NCBI RefSeq assembly: GCF_006345805.1
Contig: NW_021833473.1
Coordinates: forward strand, 136,001-200,000
Direction: 5' to 3'
Source: Octopus sinensis
Lineage: Eukaryota
Length of the DNA stretch: 64,000 bases
Part shown: piece by piece, positions 1 to 11,830 of the stretch
How positions within the stretch are numbered: position 1 is the first letter of the stretch
Layout of the letters: the number at the start of each line of letters is the position of its first letter
Program-made: the position numbers and the translations under genes
Notes under the pieces: generated by a model
Databases searched by the model: none
Told to the model about the DNA's origin: nothing
The model's input: only the letters and a program-made list of their open reading frames with translations

Positions 1-1290
1 GGTATCATTCTATATGTGGGAATGCAATCTGTTGTCGATGCAGTGTGCATCTGCGCCTGGTGATAGTCCCGTGGAACCCACGTAGTCTTGGTGGCAGCCC
101 GAGCATTTAATAACATAAATTATGTTTTCAGAGGCACAAGTAAAGTTAGATTTGATCTTAAATTCTGTCCCTTTTAAAGAAGAATTCTGATCCTTCCAAT
201 AGGTTAGGACATGTTGCACAGTTCGATCTACCACATTTTTACTTTTGCATCCGTAATTTTAGAAGGCAATTTTGCCTTTGTGAGAATCTTTTAAGAGATT
301 TAGGATTTTGTAGCTTTTAATGATTTGGTGTATGTTTAGAATTTCCTTTAATTTTGGGTTTTTATGAAGTATTGGTAAATTTGGGTGATGATGGTGAAGG
401 CTTCTTTGTTTCTGGGGTTGTATGTAGTATGTAAGGTAGTATTTTCGGGGAGTGTGTTGTGTGGAACTTTTCTTAAAGTTTCTATGTTGATTTCTGTTGC
501 ACGTCTGATCCCATCTCTATGAGTTGAGCTGGGGTAATGTCTGTCAATTAGGGTGTTTTGAGTTCTTGCAGTCTAAAGTTCCTGGTATTTTGTTCTGACA
601 CTATTGTGCATATCCTTCTTGCAAGGTTGAAGTGGATGTTTTGTTTTAGTGTGTCTTGGGTGGCATGAATTAAAAAGAAGGTATTGTTTGGCGTCTGTGG
701 CTTTGTAAAAAATGTCTGTTTCTATTTTAAGGTTAATTTTGTTAATTAGTATATCCAAGAACGGGAGCTCCTTTTGGTTGTATTCCATTGTGAACGTATA
801 TTTGGGTTATGCTGTTCAATAGGTTTTTAAATTTTAGGAGTTTATCTATGTTTTCATTCCAGAGAATGAAACAATCGTCTAGGAATCGTTTCCAATTCTC
901 TTTTATGTATTGAGAGAGGGAGTTTCCAAAGATTGATAGAGATTCTGGTAAATGATTATTTCCATGTATCCCATTGTTAAGTTCGCAATGACTGGTGCTG
1001 CCCTTGTACCCATAGCAACTCCGGATTTTTGACGGTAAAATGTATTGTCAAACATGAAGTGGTTATTGTGTAGGATGAATTCAATTGATTTAGTAATGAA
1101 TTCCTTACTGATCCTTTTTGGTATTTCTTCCGGAAATTGGTCTAACCAGAATTGTATTGCCTCCAGTCCATAATTATGAGGTATACTGGTATACAAGTTG
1201 ACTACATCAAATGAAACCAGGATTGTTTCTTCCTTGGTTTTTTTTGGGAGGTGGTTTAACATATCTAAGTCATCTCTGATATGGCTATCG
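1..1290 (-). mobile_element. Penelope-like retroelement, 5'-truncated and frameshifted (RT, thumb, GIY-YIG endonuclease); continues beyond window start
   Basis: ORF 903-1388 VVNLYTSIP...YRQKSGVAMGTRAAP (PLE RT motifs); ORF 573-788 LPFLDILI..IETDIFYKATD.KQYL.FNSCHP (PLE thumb); ORF 10-234 NIIYVIKCSGCHQDYVGST (GIY-YIG). Confidence 0.9.
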
Positions 1291-1664
1291 ATATGTTTAA
1301 AGAGGGACAGAAATTTAAGATCAAATCTAACTTTACTTGTGCCTCTGAAAACATAATTTATGTTATTATATGCTCGGGCTGCCACCAAGACTACGTGGGT
1401 TCCACGGGACTATCACTCAGGCGCAGATGCACACTGCATCGACAACAGATTGCATTCCCAGATATAGAATGATACTTTTAGTGAGCACATTGAGAAATGC
1501 GCAAAGCAACTACGGCCAAAATTTTTAATCTTCCCATTTTACCAATGTGCTTTCGGATCATCAACACAAATGAGACTGAACGGGAAACATTCTTCATTGA
1601 AAAGTACAAACCCAGACTCAACCATCCGAACATACTGACACAGAGAAATTAACAAGGAAAAAGG

Positions 1665-1699
<35 letters not shown>

Positions 1700-1860
1700 G
1701 CGATTATCACCCCTACACCGGAAAAAATCACTCACTACCTCCCCTTATTTAGAAATCTCCTGGAAATAAAAACAACGATAACTCCATTGCATATAAACAT
1801 AACCTCACAAGAAATTTGAAAAGCTACACGCGAAACCGGTAATTTCTTTAAAAATTTTTA
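1291..1860 (+). mobile_element. Inverted pseudo-LTR of the same PLE (GIY-YIG coding end plus 3' UTR)
   Basis: About 1296-1478 is the near-exact reverse complement of about 1-180; ORF 1281-1472 repeats FKIKSNFTCASENIIYVI.CSGCHQDYVGSTG; A-run 1657-1692; hammerhead motif near its end. Confidence 0.85.
1809..1848 (+). ncRNA. Minimal type I hammerhead ribozyme, U3:A8 core variant
   Basis: aagaaat-TTGAAAA-gc tacac gc-GAAA-CCGGT-A-atttctt: 7-bp stem I, 2-bp stem II, palindromic ACCGGT stem III, GUA cleavage triplet. Confidence 0.7.
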
Positions 1861-1929
1861 AAATTTTTAAAATTTGATAATATATTATGTAATGATAGGA
1901 ATGGGATTTGCCCACTCTATAGGAACAAG

Positions 1930-2560
1930 TCATGGAACACTATAGAAAGGACAAAAAAGAAAATAGGGAAGGCCAACTCTTGGTATGATAGCCATAAATA
2001 CACCAGAGTGTCATGTTCGTTGACACCACCCCTGGAGGTGAACTAGCGTACCGCTTTAGAAGGACCCTAGATAAACTTAAACTAAGAATTAAGGTTGTTG
2101 AAAAGCCAGGCAACCTATCAGATCTATAATTGGTAGAAGCTATCCTTTTAGTAGAACTCTCTGTACGGATAACTATTGCACTGTATGTAGATTTAGCCCA
2201 AACCGAACTGTAAAGCCAGAAATGTGGTCTATAGTAAGAGATGTATAGAGGGACGATGCAGTAACAAGACAGTAACATACGTAGGGGAAACTGCAAGAAG
2301 CATTGGTGAGCGGGTGAATGAACATTGGAGACAACTCAAGGAAGGTAAAAGCTCATCGATTCTGTACCAACACGCCGAACAAGAACACGGGGGATCAATC
2401 AATAACATAGAGATTAAGATATTGTCCACACATAGAACAGATGCAACAATTAGACAAATTACAGAAGCTACAATATAATAGAAAATAAACCTAGCCTGAA
2501 TAGAAAACTAGAATGGAGCAATAGCGCACACCACAACATATGACAATAGTGGATCCTGCA
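1930..2560 (+). mobile_element. Second PLE fragment (GIY-YIG endonuclease region)
   Basis: ORF 2224-2478 VVYSKRC..C....TYVGETARSIGERVNEH...LYQHAEQEH...RQITEA, followed by ENKPSLNRKLEW. Confidence 0.85.
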
Positions 2561-3306
2561 AACATAATAAATACACAGGTAATTAAAGAAATAGAAATGA
2601 ATATCTATATATATGTATATGTGTTATATATGTATATGTATATGTGTATAATGTGTGTATATATGTATATATATATATGTATATGTATGTATGTATATAT
2701 ATATATGTATATGTATATTCTTTTTTTTTTTTTTCGATTAGATTTATTATTATTATTACTAATATTGTTGTTATACATACATACAAGCATATGTAATGAT
2801 AATAATGGGTGGATGTAAACACATGAACAAAATTAGAACAAAAGCAACAACAACAAAAACAAAATACAAATTACAAGAATGTATATAACCAGAAGATACA
2901 AATATACAGGCATCCCCCCCACACACACACTAAATAAACATAGACGCACATAGAGATATAAGCATGCGCAAATGAAGAATACAATAGAAATACAAAATGG
3001 CTGACGGTTAGTAAGGAGAGACACAAGTAAGTGAGAAGAAAACAAAGGACCACTGATGCGGTCACAGGAGTGTGACGAAAGAACTTTGACCGAAATAAGA
3101 TTAAGATTAATGTAAAAAATAAATATCACTGAAGCAAAATAACACCAAATATATAGTGCGTGTGTTTTTATTGGCTAAACTGGCATATGACCATTCCGAA
3201 ATATAACAATATATATATATATATATATATATATGAATATATATATATATAATATATATATGAATATATATAATATATAATATATATGAATATATATATA
3301 TATATA

Positions 3307-3367
<61 letters not shown>

Positions 3368-3815
3368 TGTACTCTTAGTTGAGGACCTGGATAACATCCT
3401 ATAGCTTCATCAGACACTCGAACATGGAGTGCAATTTGAGAAAAAAGAATTACATTTTTGCGTTATATACAGGAGACATTACTAGTGATAAAGTCATTAC
3501 TATTGCATATAAAAAAAGTTTATGTCCAAATTCTTATTAGATTTACGAGAAGAAAAAGTAGAAAAACAGAAAAATATATATAAAATATATATAAAATATA
3601 TATATAAAATAAGAGAGACAAGTGCGCACGTACTTGAAAAAACACCCGCACACACAGTCACATACACACAGCGCAGAGATGTGTAATATGTTTTTTCGTG
3701 TGTGTGTCTGTATGTGTATGTGTGTGTGTGTGTGTAAGTGTGCGTGTACGTGTGTGCTTATTCATGAGCATGTTGGTGCGAGTATATATCTATGGGTATG
3801 CTTATACGCCATATG

Positions 3816-3953
3816 TACAGGGTGTCCCAAAAAAATGTATACACACTTTAGCAGCTGATAACTCATTTGATATTTTTTCTTTCCAGATGAAACCTATAGG
3901 ATTTAATGATGGCAGTCAGATTAAGCTTTGAACAAAGAAAATTCATTCTAAAA
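3816..3953 (+). mobile_element. Tc1/mariner left terminus (TIR plus transposase start), forward copy
   Basis: Starts TACAGGGTGTCCC; encodes MMAVRLSFEQRKFILK; ends in (TA)n. Confidence 0.75.
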
Positions 3954-3963
3954 TATATATATA

Positions 3964-4175
3964 TACAGGGTGTCCCCCCAAAATGTATGCATACTTTAAC
4001 TGTTTTTGCACTTCAACTGCATTTTCACACTTCCAGTATCATTTTAGAATGAATTTTCTTTGTTCAAAGCTAATCTGACTGCCATCATTAAATCCATAGG
4101 TTTCATCTGGAAAGAAAAAATATCAAATGAGTTATCAGCTGCTAAAGTGTTTACATTTGTTTGGGACACCCTGTA
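3964..4175 (-). mobile_element. Internally deleted Tc1/mariner element (MITE, about 210 bp) with both TIRs
   Basis: TACAGGGTGTCCC...AATGTA terminal inverted repeats at both ends, TA flanks; minus strand reads about MMAVRL..EQRKFILK*YWKCENAVEVQKQ. Confidence 0.75.
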
Positions 4176-4187
4176 TATATATATATA

Positions 4188-5073
4188 TTTTAGAATGAAT
4201 TTTCTTTGTTCAAAGCTTAATCTGACTGCCATCATTAAATCCTATAGGTTCATCTGGAAAGAAAAAAATATCAAATGAGTTATCAGCTGCTAAAGTGTGT
4301 ATACATTTGTTGGGACACCCTGTATATATATATATATTTTAGAATGAATTTTCTTTGTTCAAAGCTTAATCTGACTGCCATCATTAAATCCTATAGGTTT
4401 CATCTGGAAAGAAAAAATATCAAATGAGTTATCAGCTGCTAAAGGTGTATACATTTGTTTGGGACACCCTGTATATATATAATATTTTAGAATGAATTTT
4501 CTTTGTTCAAAGCTTAATCTGACTGCCATCATTAAATCCTATAGGTTTCATCTGGAAAGAAAAAATATCAAATGAGTTATCAGCTGCTAAAGTGTGTATA
4601 CATTTGTTTGGGACACCCTGTATATATATATATATTTTAGAATGAATTTTCTTTGTTCAAAGCTTAATCTGACTGCCATCATTAAATCCTATAGGTTTCA
4701 TCTGGAAAGAAAAAAATATCAAATGAGTTATCAGCTGCTAAAGTGTGTATACATTTGTTTGGGACACCCTGTATATATATATATATTTTAGAATGAATTT
4801 TCTTTGTTCAAAGCTTAATCTGACTGCCATCATTAAATCCTATAGGTTTCATCTGGAAAGAAAAAATATCAAATGAGTTATCAGCTGCTAAAGTGTGTAT
4901 ACATTTTTTTGGGACACCCTGTATATATATATATATTTTAGAATGAATTTTCTTTGTTCAAAGCTTAATCTGACTGCCATCATTAAATCCTATAGGTTTC
5001 ATCTGGAAAGAAAAAATATCAAATGAGTTATCAGCTGCTAAAGTGTGTATACATTTGTTTGGGACACCCTGTA
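4188..5073 (-). repeat. Six further tandem copies (about 150-bp period) of the mariner left terminus separated by (TA)n
   Basis: Units start near 4188, 4337, 4485, 4635, 4786 and 4936; near-identical; each ends GGGACACCCTGTA. Confidence 0.95.
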
Positions 5074-5167
5074 TATGTAATGTGTGTGGAAACATCTATA
5101 CATTTTCTGCTGTTGAATTTTATTAGATTGCCTTAAATATAAAGCCATTCTTATTTTTATCTTCTAT

Positions 5168-5392
5168 GCAAACTCAATGGTCAAAGATGGACGTATAGAA
5201 GACGCAAAGACAGCAAACAAGAGTGCTAAACTATTTATCAGAATATCAGTCATTGTTGGTATTATTTTGGGTGTTATTGGTACCGCAGGAGCAATTGCAG
5301 CTATTGTTATATCTGTAACTGCCGTTAGTACTATAGGAGGGGTTGTTAATAGTGCCAACAACATTTTAAGTTCTTCAAGTAATCGACATTAA
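5168..5392 (+). CDS. CD225/dispanin family terminal coding exon (paralogue C), acceptor reads AT instead of AG; possibly pseudogenised
   Basis: ANSMVKDGRIEDAKTANKSAKLFIRISVIVGIILG...SNRH* aligns with the terminal exons at 16260 and 42571; preceded by a pyrimidine tract ending ttctAT where the paralogues have ttctAG. Confidence 0.75.
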   Translation, partial: ANSMVKDGRIEDAKTANKSAKLFIRISVIVGIILGVIGTAGAIAAIVISVTAVSTIGGVVNSANNILSSSSNRH

Positions 5393-5514
5393 ATGTGTGT
5401 TTTCTTTTCTTTGTATTCATCTTCAGTTATAATCGCGTAAAATATTCTTAGCAAAAAATGTTTATTTGTATTGAGAACTTCAATCGACAAATGATATATA
5501 TATATAATCATTTA

Positions 5515-5760
5515 CTTACTTGTTTCAGTCATTTGACTGCGGCCATGCTGGAGCACCGCCATTAGTCGTCGAGCAAATCGACCCCGGGACTTATTCTTTG
5601 TAAGCCAAGTACTTATTCTATCGGTCTCTTTTGCCGAACCGCTAAGTTACGGGGACGTAAACACACCAGAATCGGTTGTCAAACAATGCTAGGGGGACAA
5701 ACACAGACACACAAACATACACACACACACATACACACACACCACACACACATATATATA
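5515..5760 (-). mobile_element. tRNA-derived SINE family A, 3' half
   Basis: Reverse complement of the ...ggcggtgctccagcatggccgcagtcaaatgactgaaacaagt tail seen at 7790-7850, 15230-15290 and 61450-61500. Confidence 0.85.
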
Positions 5761-5875
5761 TATATAATTAAAGTCACAATAAGGATGAAAAAATTGAATA
5801 TTAATTAATAACATCAATTCAAACACCAAGTGGCCTAGCGTATAAAAGACTGGGATACAGTAAAAATTATTAATA

Positions 5876-6395
5876 CAAAGCAATAAGAGAGAGTCCACCA
5901 TGTGGTCACTCTAACGCTAGATATAGATCCGCAAAGGTAATCCGCCACTAAAGAATTGTTCTCAAGAATTAATCCAACACGCCAAGAATGTAAGCGAGCA
6001 GGACAAATGAAAAATAACGAAAAAATAGATTAACTCTATACAATTGTTTCATCGTTAATAGATTATGTAGTTTTACTTACATAAGTATTTTCGAATCGTC
6101 AGTAGAGTATATCAGAAATATAATTTGTCGAACCGAACGGCAAAATCCACACGAAGTCGAACAAAGACGATTATATTCGCAGTTACATTCAAATGCCCTC
6201 ATTCTGGCGCGTTAAATCCTCGGATGTAAATACTGCCCAAGTAATTTACTGCCCGTTATTTTTCATTTGTCCTGCTCGCTTACATTCTTGGCGTGCTGGA
6301 TTAATTCTTGAGAACAATTCTTTAGTGGCGGATTCCCTTTGCGGATCTATATCTAGCATTAGAGTGACCACATAGTGGACTCTCTCTTATTGATT

Positions 6396-6397
<2 letters not shown>
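5876..6397. mobile_element. MITE with about 144-bp TIRs, TA-flanked
   Basis: 5876-6019 is the reverse complement of 6254-6397 with few mismatches; TA on both sides. Confidence 0.85.
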
Positions 6398-6399
<2 letters not shown>

Positions 6400-6457
<58 letters not shown>

Positions 6458-6622
6458 TACGACAGGCTTCTTTCAGTTTCCGTCTACCAAATCTGCTCAC
6501 AAGACATTGGTCGGCCAGAGGCTATAGCAGAAGACACTTGCCCAAGATGCCACGCAGTGGGACTGAACCCGAAACCATGTAGTTGGTAAGCAAGCTACTT
6601 ACCACACAGCCACTCCTCCGCC
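6400..6622 (-). mobile_element. SINE family A, 5' half (split from 5515-5760 at its internal microsatellite)
   Basis: Reverse complement of ggagtggctgtgtggtaagtagcttgcttaccaac...gaaagaagcctgtcg. Confidence 0.85.
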
Positions 6623-6879
6623 TATATCATAATAAAGAATATGATTTCAAATATTGAACAACGATATATTCTGATCGGCAAGAACCAATGAAGGAGTAAA
6701 ACTATGAGAGTGTGGAGATATTCCTGAACAACTTGTACCATTCCTTCCCTCCAATTTAAGCACCCAAGAAAGCCAAGGGTGGTGTTGTTGCATTTTGCTT
6801 TTACATGAATCTTCTTTATTATGTTTCGTTTTTGGATTTGGTTTGCAAGATTCTTTATGCGAGTTCGTGTGTTGAAGCA

Positions 6880-7140
6880 TATTCTGTTGTGTCTGGGAGA
6901 GTCATTTTCTTTTTGTGCCTTATAATGTAAGGTCTTGCAACCTTTTCAACAGTTTTGACTATTTCAATAGTTTTGACTTTTCAATAGTTTTGACTAATAG
7001 TCAAAACTATTGAAAAGGTTGCAAGACGCAACGAAAATTTTAGGAAAATAAAAATAAGAAAAATGTGGAGATTTTACCGGTGAATGTGTTACGTAATGAG
7101 GCACAAAAAGAAAATGACTCTCCCCAGACACAACGGAATA
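6880..7140. repeat. Nested fold-back (outer about 41-bp IR, inner 30-bp IR)
   Basis: 6880-6920 vs 7099-7140; 6932-6961 vs 6998-7027, with two extra tandem copies of tttcaatagttttgact in the left arm. Confidence 0.85.
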
Positions 7141-7165
7141 TTCTTTATTATTATTATTATTATTA

Positions 7166-7225
<60 letters not shown>

Positions 7226-7397
7226 CTCAGGAACTATCAAAGTTTAAAACCATTTTATGAACATAATCGTTAGACAAAACAAAATTTTAAACTCTTTCGT
7301 AGATTTTCAATATGTTGCCTTAAAGCCAGTTATTTCTTTCACTGTTAACATTCAACTAACACAAACTAGACAATTGTTACACGAAAAATAAACAGTT

Positions 7398-7567
7398 AGG
7401 AGTGGATGTGTGGTAAGTAGCTTGCTTACCAACCACATGGTTCCGGGTTCAGTCCCACTGTGTGGCACCTTGGGCAAGTGTCTTCTACTATAGCCTCGGG
7501 CCAACCAAAGCTTTGTGAGTGGATTTGGTAGATTGAAACTGAAAGAAGCCCGTCGTATATATGTATA

Positions 7568-7653
<86 letters not shown>

Positions 7654-7865
7654 GTGTGTATATGTTTGTGTGTCTGTGTTTGTCCCCCTACATCGCTTGA
7701 CAACCGATGCTGGTGTGTTTACGTCCCCGTAAAAGAGACCGATAGAATAAGTACTAGGCTTACAAAGAATAAGTCCTGGGGTCGATTTGCTCGACCAAAG
7801 GCAGTGCTCCAGCATGGTCACAGTCACATGACTGAAACAAGTAAAAGAGTAAAAGTGTAAAAGAG
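7398..7865 (+). mobile_element. SINE family A, full length
   Basis: tRNA-like head, internal (TA)n(TG)n, tail ending gaaacaagtaaaagag. Confidence 0.9.
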
Positions 7866-8391
7866 TTACATAAAGACATACCCAAATGTTGCAATACATG
7901 GCAATAATATATCTTAGATAATGGTAGACAGCATTGGCTGAAACTGAAAACTACATCAAAATATTGACCCCCAAATGTAAAGGAATATACTTTTTGCTTT
8001 CACCCATAAATATTTGGGTTAAATTGGTTTTAATATTTCATCTAATCATGTCACAGAATAGGAAGTGGAGTTCACAACAAATATCTGATTATTTACTCGT
8101 AGTCTTTTAATGATTTTATTTTCAATGTGTGTAGTGAACATTAACATATATGATTCGGAGGTAAAACAACATCTGAAAGTATTCTCCTCTCACAAAATAT
8201 TCTATATATTAACTAATGAATTTGATAACAAAATGATAGCGCATTAATATTTGAAAACACACCAGTAAATCAACTTCTATATTATATGTAATCAACGTTC
8301 AATGAAATAAAGAATTATTTTCTCTACCTAAAACTATGTTGTGGTTTTCTATAAGGTTAAGCAGATCGTAAGAACTATGATTTTGTTACAT

Positions 8392-8410
8392 TTCGATCAT
8401 CATCATCATC

Positions 8411-8456
<46 letters not shown>

Positions 8457-8675
8457 GTCATCGTCGTCGTCGTCGTCATCGTCGTCGTCGTCGTCATCGT
8501 CGTCGTCGTCGTCGTCGTTATTATTATTAATATTATTATTATTCTATGTTTGACTTTTGCTTTACATTTGTACAAGTTGGCTCCAAGTCTCACCCAGAGA
8601 CCTCAAGAGACAACAAGTTGGAAGTTCATGTTGTTGTTATGCCTAGTGTGCCATATATTGTGCCATATAGTATTA

Positions 8676-8721
<46 letters not shown>

Positions 8722-8741
8722 TACTATTACTACTACGACTG

Positions 8742-8788
<47 letters not shown>

Positions 8789-8855
8789 GTTACTATTACT
8801 ATTACTATTTCTATTACTATTACTATTACTATTACTATTACTACTACTACGACTG

Positions 8856-8915
<60 letters not shown>

Positions 8916-8931
8916 TTATTATTATTATTAC

Positions 8932-8971
<40 letters not shown>

Positions 8972-8972
8972 G
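8392..8972. repeat. Compound trinucleotide microsatellites (CAT)n(CGT)n and (TAT)n(TAC)n
   Basis: Direct inspection. Confidence 0.95.
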
Positions 8973-9360
8973 AGTGAGAGAGCAGTGCATGCCATCAAAG
9001 TGACACTGGGGTAAAATATACGAAGCCTAGTATACCTATCATGACTACCTGTCTGATAAGGGTACACTAGGCACATGCATCACAACCATATGTACGCGAC
9101 ATGGTGAGCTCATATCAAGATAAACAGCACATGACCTTGCAGGTGGGGCCCAGTTAGAATTTTCTTCTGGTCGAGTAGCCCATCTCACTGAAAAGGTCCA
9201 TGAATTAGAGTTGTTTAAGGATGTTGAATGAAACACCCATGTTTCCAGAGGCGAATTATCCAAACCCCAAAGAATCCCTCTCAACACATGGCTATGATGC
9301 TCCCCCACAACTTCTGCTCGTGATCAGAGATGTACTATCGTCAGCCTCTAAGGTCAACTC
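8973..9360 (-). mobile_element. SINE-like repeat ending in an (AAT)n tail
   Basis: Shares ctctcaacacatggctatgatgctccccc...ctgctcgtgatcagagatg with 11825-11885; ends in the microsatellite. Confidence 0.5.
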
Positions 9361-10130
9361 TTACGCTGGACATGTAGTACGGTGTCAGCTTTCCACTACC
9401 TATTTCTTTATTACCCACAAGGGGCTAAACATAGAGGGGACAAACAAGGACAGACATAGGTATTAAGTCGATAACATCGACCCCAGTGCGTAACTGGTAC
9501 TTAATTTATCGACCCCGAAAGGATGAAAGGCAAAGTCGACCTCGGCGGAATTTGAACTCAGAACGTAACGACAGACGAAATACCGCTAAGCATTTCGTCC
9601 GGCGTGCTAACGTTTCTACCAGCTTTCCACTACCGGCGAACTAAGGTAACACCTCCTATTTTTCGAGCACCTTACGGAGTATTCGAGCGGTTCCAAGCAT
9701 TGCTGTTTTCTGCAAGTGCTCCGCCCTTATTGCAGCCCCTATGTGTTCCATGTGCATCTCGAGATTTTTACTCACTGTTCCCAGGGCTCCGACAATTATT
9801 GGTACTATTACCACCTTTTTCATCGACCACAACTTTTTAACCGCCCAAGCTAACCTGTCATGCCTATCGATATTTCTTTCTTTCTTATCGCATACCTTGT
9901 TGTCAGCTGGACATGTTATATCTATGATCAAGCACAGTTTGCTTTCTTTCTCAATTAACACTATGTCTGGCATCCTATTCTCTATCTCATGGTCGCACTG
10001 AATCATAAAATCCCATAGGATCTTTGCATTGTCATTTTCGGAGATGCCTTCGGGTTTGTGGTCGTAAACAATTTTTTCCTCTGTCAAGTCAATACTTTTT
10101 GCAAAGTGTCCAATGGACAAGCCTTGCTAT
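9361..10130 (-). mobile_element. R4/Dong-clade non-LTR retrotransposon 3' end (restriction-like endonuclease), interrupted by a SINE
   Basis: ORF 9656-10120 ENDNAKILWDFMIQCDHEIENRMPDIVL...IIDITCP...VPIIVGALG...TARILRKVL. Confidence 0.85.
9401..9619 (-). mobile_element. SINE family B with 15-bp TSD
   Basis: TSD cagctttccactacc at 9386-9400 and 9620-9634; core gtcgactttgcctttcatcctttcggggtcgataaattaagtaccag; another copy at 40555-40790. Confidence 0.9.
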
Positions 10131-10639
10131 ATTGTGGTGGCGTCTCTTATATTCCTTTCGGGTTAATTATTATTGTTATTATTATTATCATTATTATCAT
10201 TGTTATTATTGTTATTATTATCATTATTATTCAGTAGTTTCTCGTAAGTTTGGGATGGATGAAAGACTTATGGGAGACCCAGTGTTTGCTACACGTAAAT
10301 GAACTAACGACCGTCACTGTTTCTTTTCTTTTTCGTTCTTTTGGTATATTCTCTATGCATGTATGTATGTATGTATTTATGTATGTATTATGTATGTATC
10401 TATATATGTACCAGAAATATTCTGCAATCACTAGATGTCACCACTCACTAGAATATTACCCATGTGAGAAAAAGATCTAATCAATCACGACTTTGCTTTG
10501 AACTGGCTCTGGCTACGATCCCATCTTTTACCGCTCTTTATCTCTGAGCCTGAGCATTAGTATAATTCGGCACACCTTAGCTACTTAGACAGAGAGGTTT
10601 GGCATGCAACAAAAGCAGGAGACTATACGTCAGACGGAC

Positions 10640-11830
10640 GGTGACAGGCACATCTTTTGCATTTCAATTTCCAGGTCCTTATACTTAATTTATCAAATTC
10701 CTTAACAGATATATTTTTATCAGTGGAAACGCTTACATCTATTAGTCTACCATCTCTTTAATGACTATGTTTGGTCAATTATCCTGTATCTTTCTGTCGG
10801 TTTTGACTGGAAAATCCCAGAGGATAGTGACATTTTTACTTTTAACTACTGGCTCGGGCTGATGTCCATACCAGTAAGCAGGAGTGCTGATTTTTTAGTG
10901 TTTCCATATTTTCCCATATGAATACTGTCCTATTCTATTGTGGCGACGTTTTTATTCGTTTGATGACAGCACAGGACACCCCGAGACGAGATGGTCTACT
11001 GTTTCACCAAATTTATCAAAGAATCTGTATTTAGGATCAGAACCATTTTGAAGAGCATTAGCCTGGTAGTGTTTGGTAAGCAAGCTTTGGTTTTGTGCCG
11101 CTAATATGAAACCTCCAGTCTTTAATTTCAGTCCTGAGCTTCTCAGCCACAGATGGGTTGTTGCTTAGTCATCATCAGCATTTAGACTACGAAGTATTTA
11201 CTGTCCATTCAAAGGCTTCTGGCTCCACTGGTCCTCAATTTGTTTCTGCCCGTTCACTTTTGCACTCTGTTTGATCCGTTTTGCTTGTTTGCTGGCAGTG
11301 GTCTCAGGTTTTTCATCTAATTCGAGGTTAATACCAATTTCCCTGGCCAATTTGCAAACTTCCTTGACAATAGAAAGTGATTTTTTGCTGCTTTCGTGTT
11401 TTCACACGAATCGTAGCGTCCAGTACTCTGTACTAGATAAGTACCCGTTCATTTCTATTGTGGAGGTCTTATAACAAATTTCTACTTGCATCATTCTTCT
11501 TCCCCCATTACTTCTAGGTAAGTACAGACGATCAACGTCTGCTTTTAGGTGGTGCATGTTCTTAGATGATAGTATTTTTCTTGTCTTCCTGTCCAGGCGT
11601 TAGAATTCTGTCAGATTCCAGTTAATGATGTTAAAACTGTATGGGACTACTGGAAGTGCCAGGGTGTTAATGGCTTCGATGCGATTTTTGGAGTTGAGTT
11701 CAGGTTTTAGTATGAGTCTTATTCTCCTGTAATACTCCTTTCTTATTTTTTCCTTCTTAGTAACATGTTGAATTCGATCTCCTTCGTTTATCCCCAAGTA
11801 TTTATAGCTTTCTTGTGGGTCAAGAATTCC
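10640..11830 (-). mobile_element. R4/Dong-clade LINE fragment (RT C-terminus to endonuclease), decayed
   Basis: ORF 11600-11866 SYKYLGINEGDRIQH...EYYRRIRLILK.ELNSKNRIEAINTLALPVV.YSF. Confidence 0.8.

Noticed and set aside
3050-3100. Hammerhead-like ctgatgc...gaaa
   Set aside because: A9 is missing, and there is no valid stem I or NUH triplet.
3385-3420. Minus-strand CTGATGAAGC
   Set aside because: No GAAA after the putative stem II.
4042-5073. CRISPR-like array
   Set aside because: Units are about 135-nt near-identical transposon ends, spacers are just (TA)n, the context is eukaryotic and there are no cas genes.
7398-7480. tRNA genes
   Set aside because: The tRNA-like heads belong to SINEs; no complete cloverleaf was found in the window.
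8341-9076. Long poly-L/I/T/S/N ORFs
   Set aside because: Translations of trinucleotide microsatellites.
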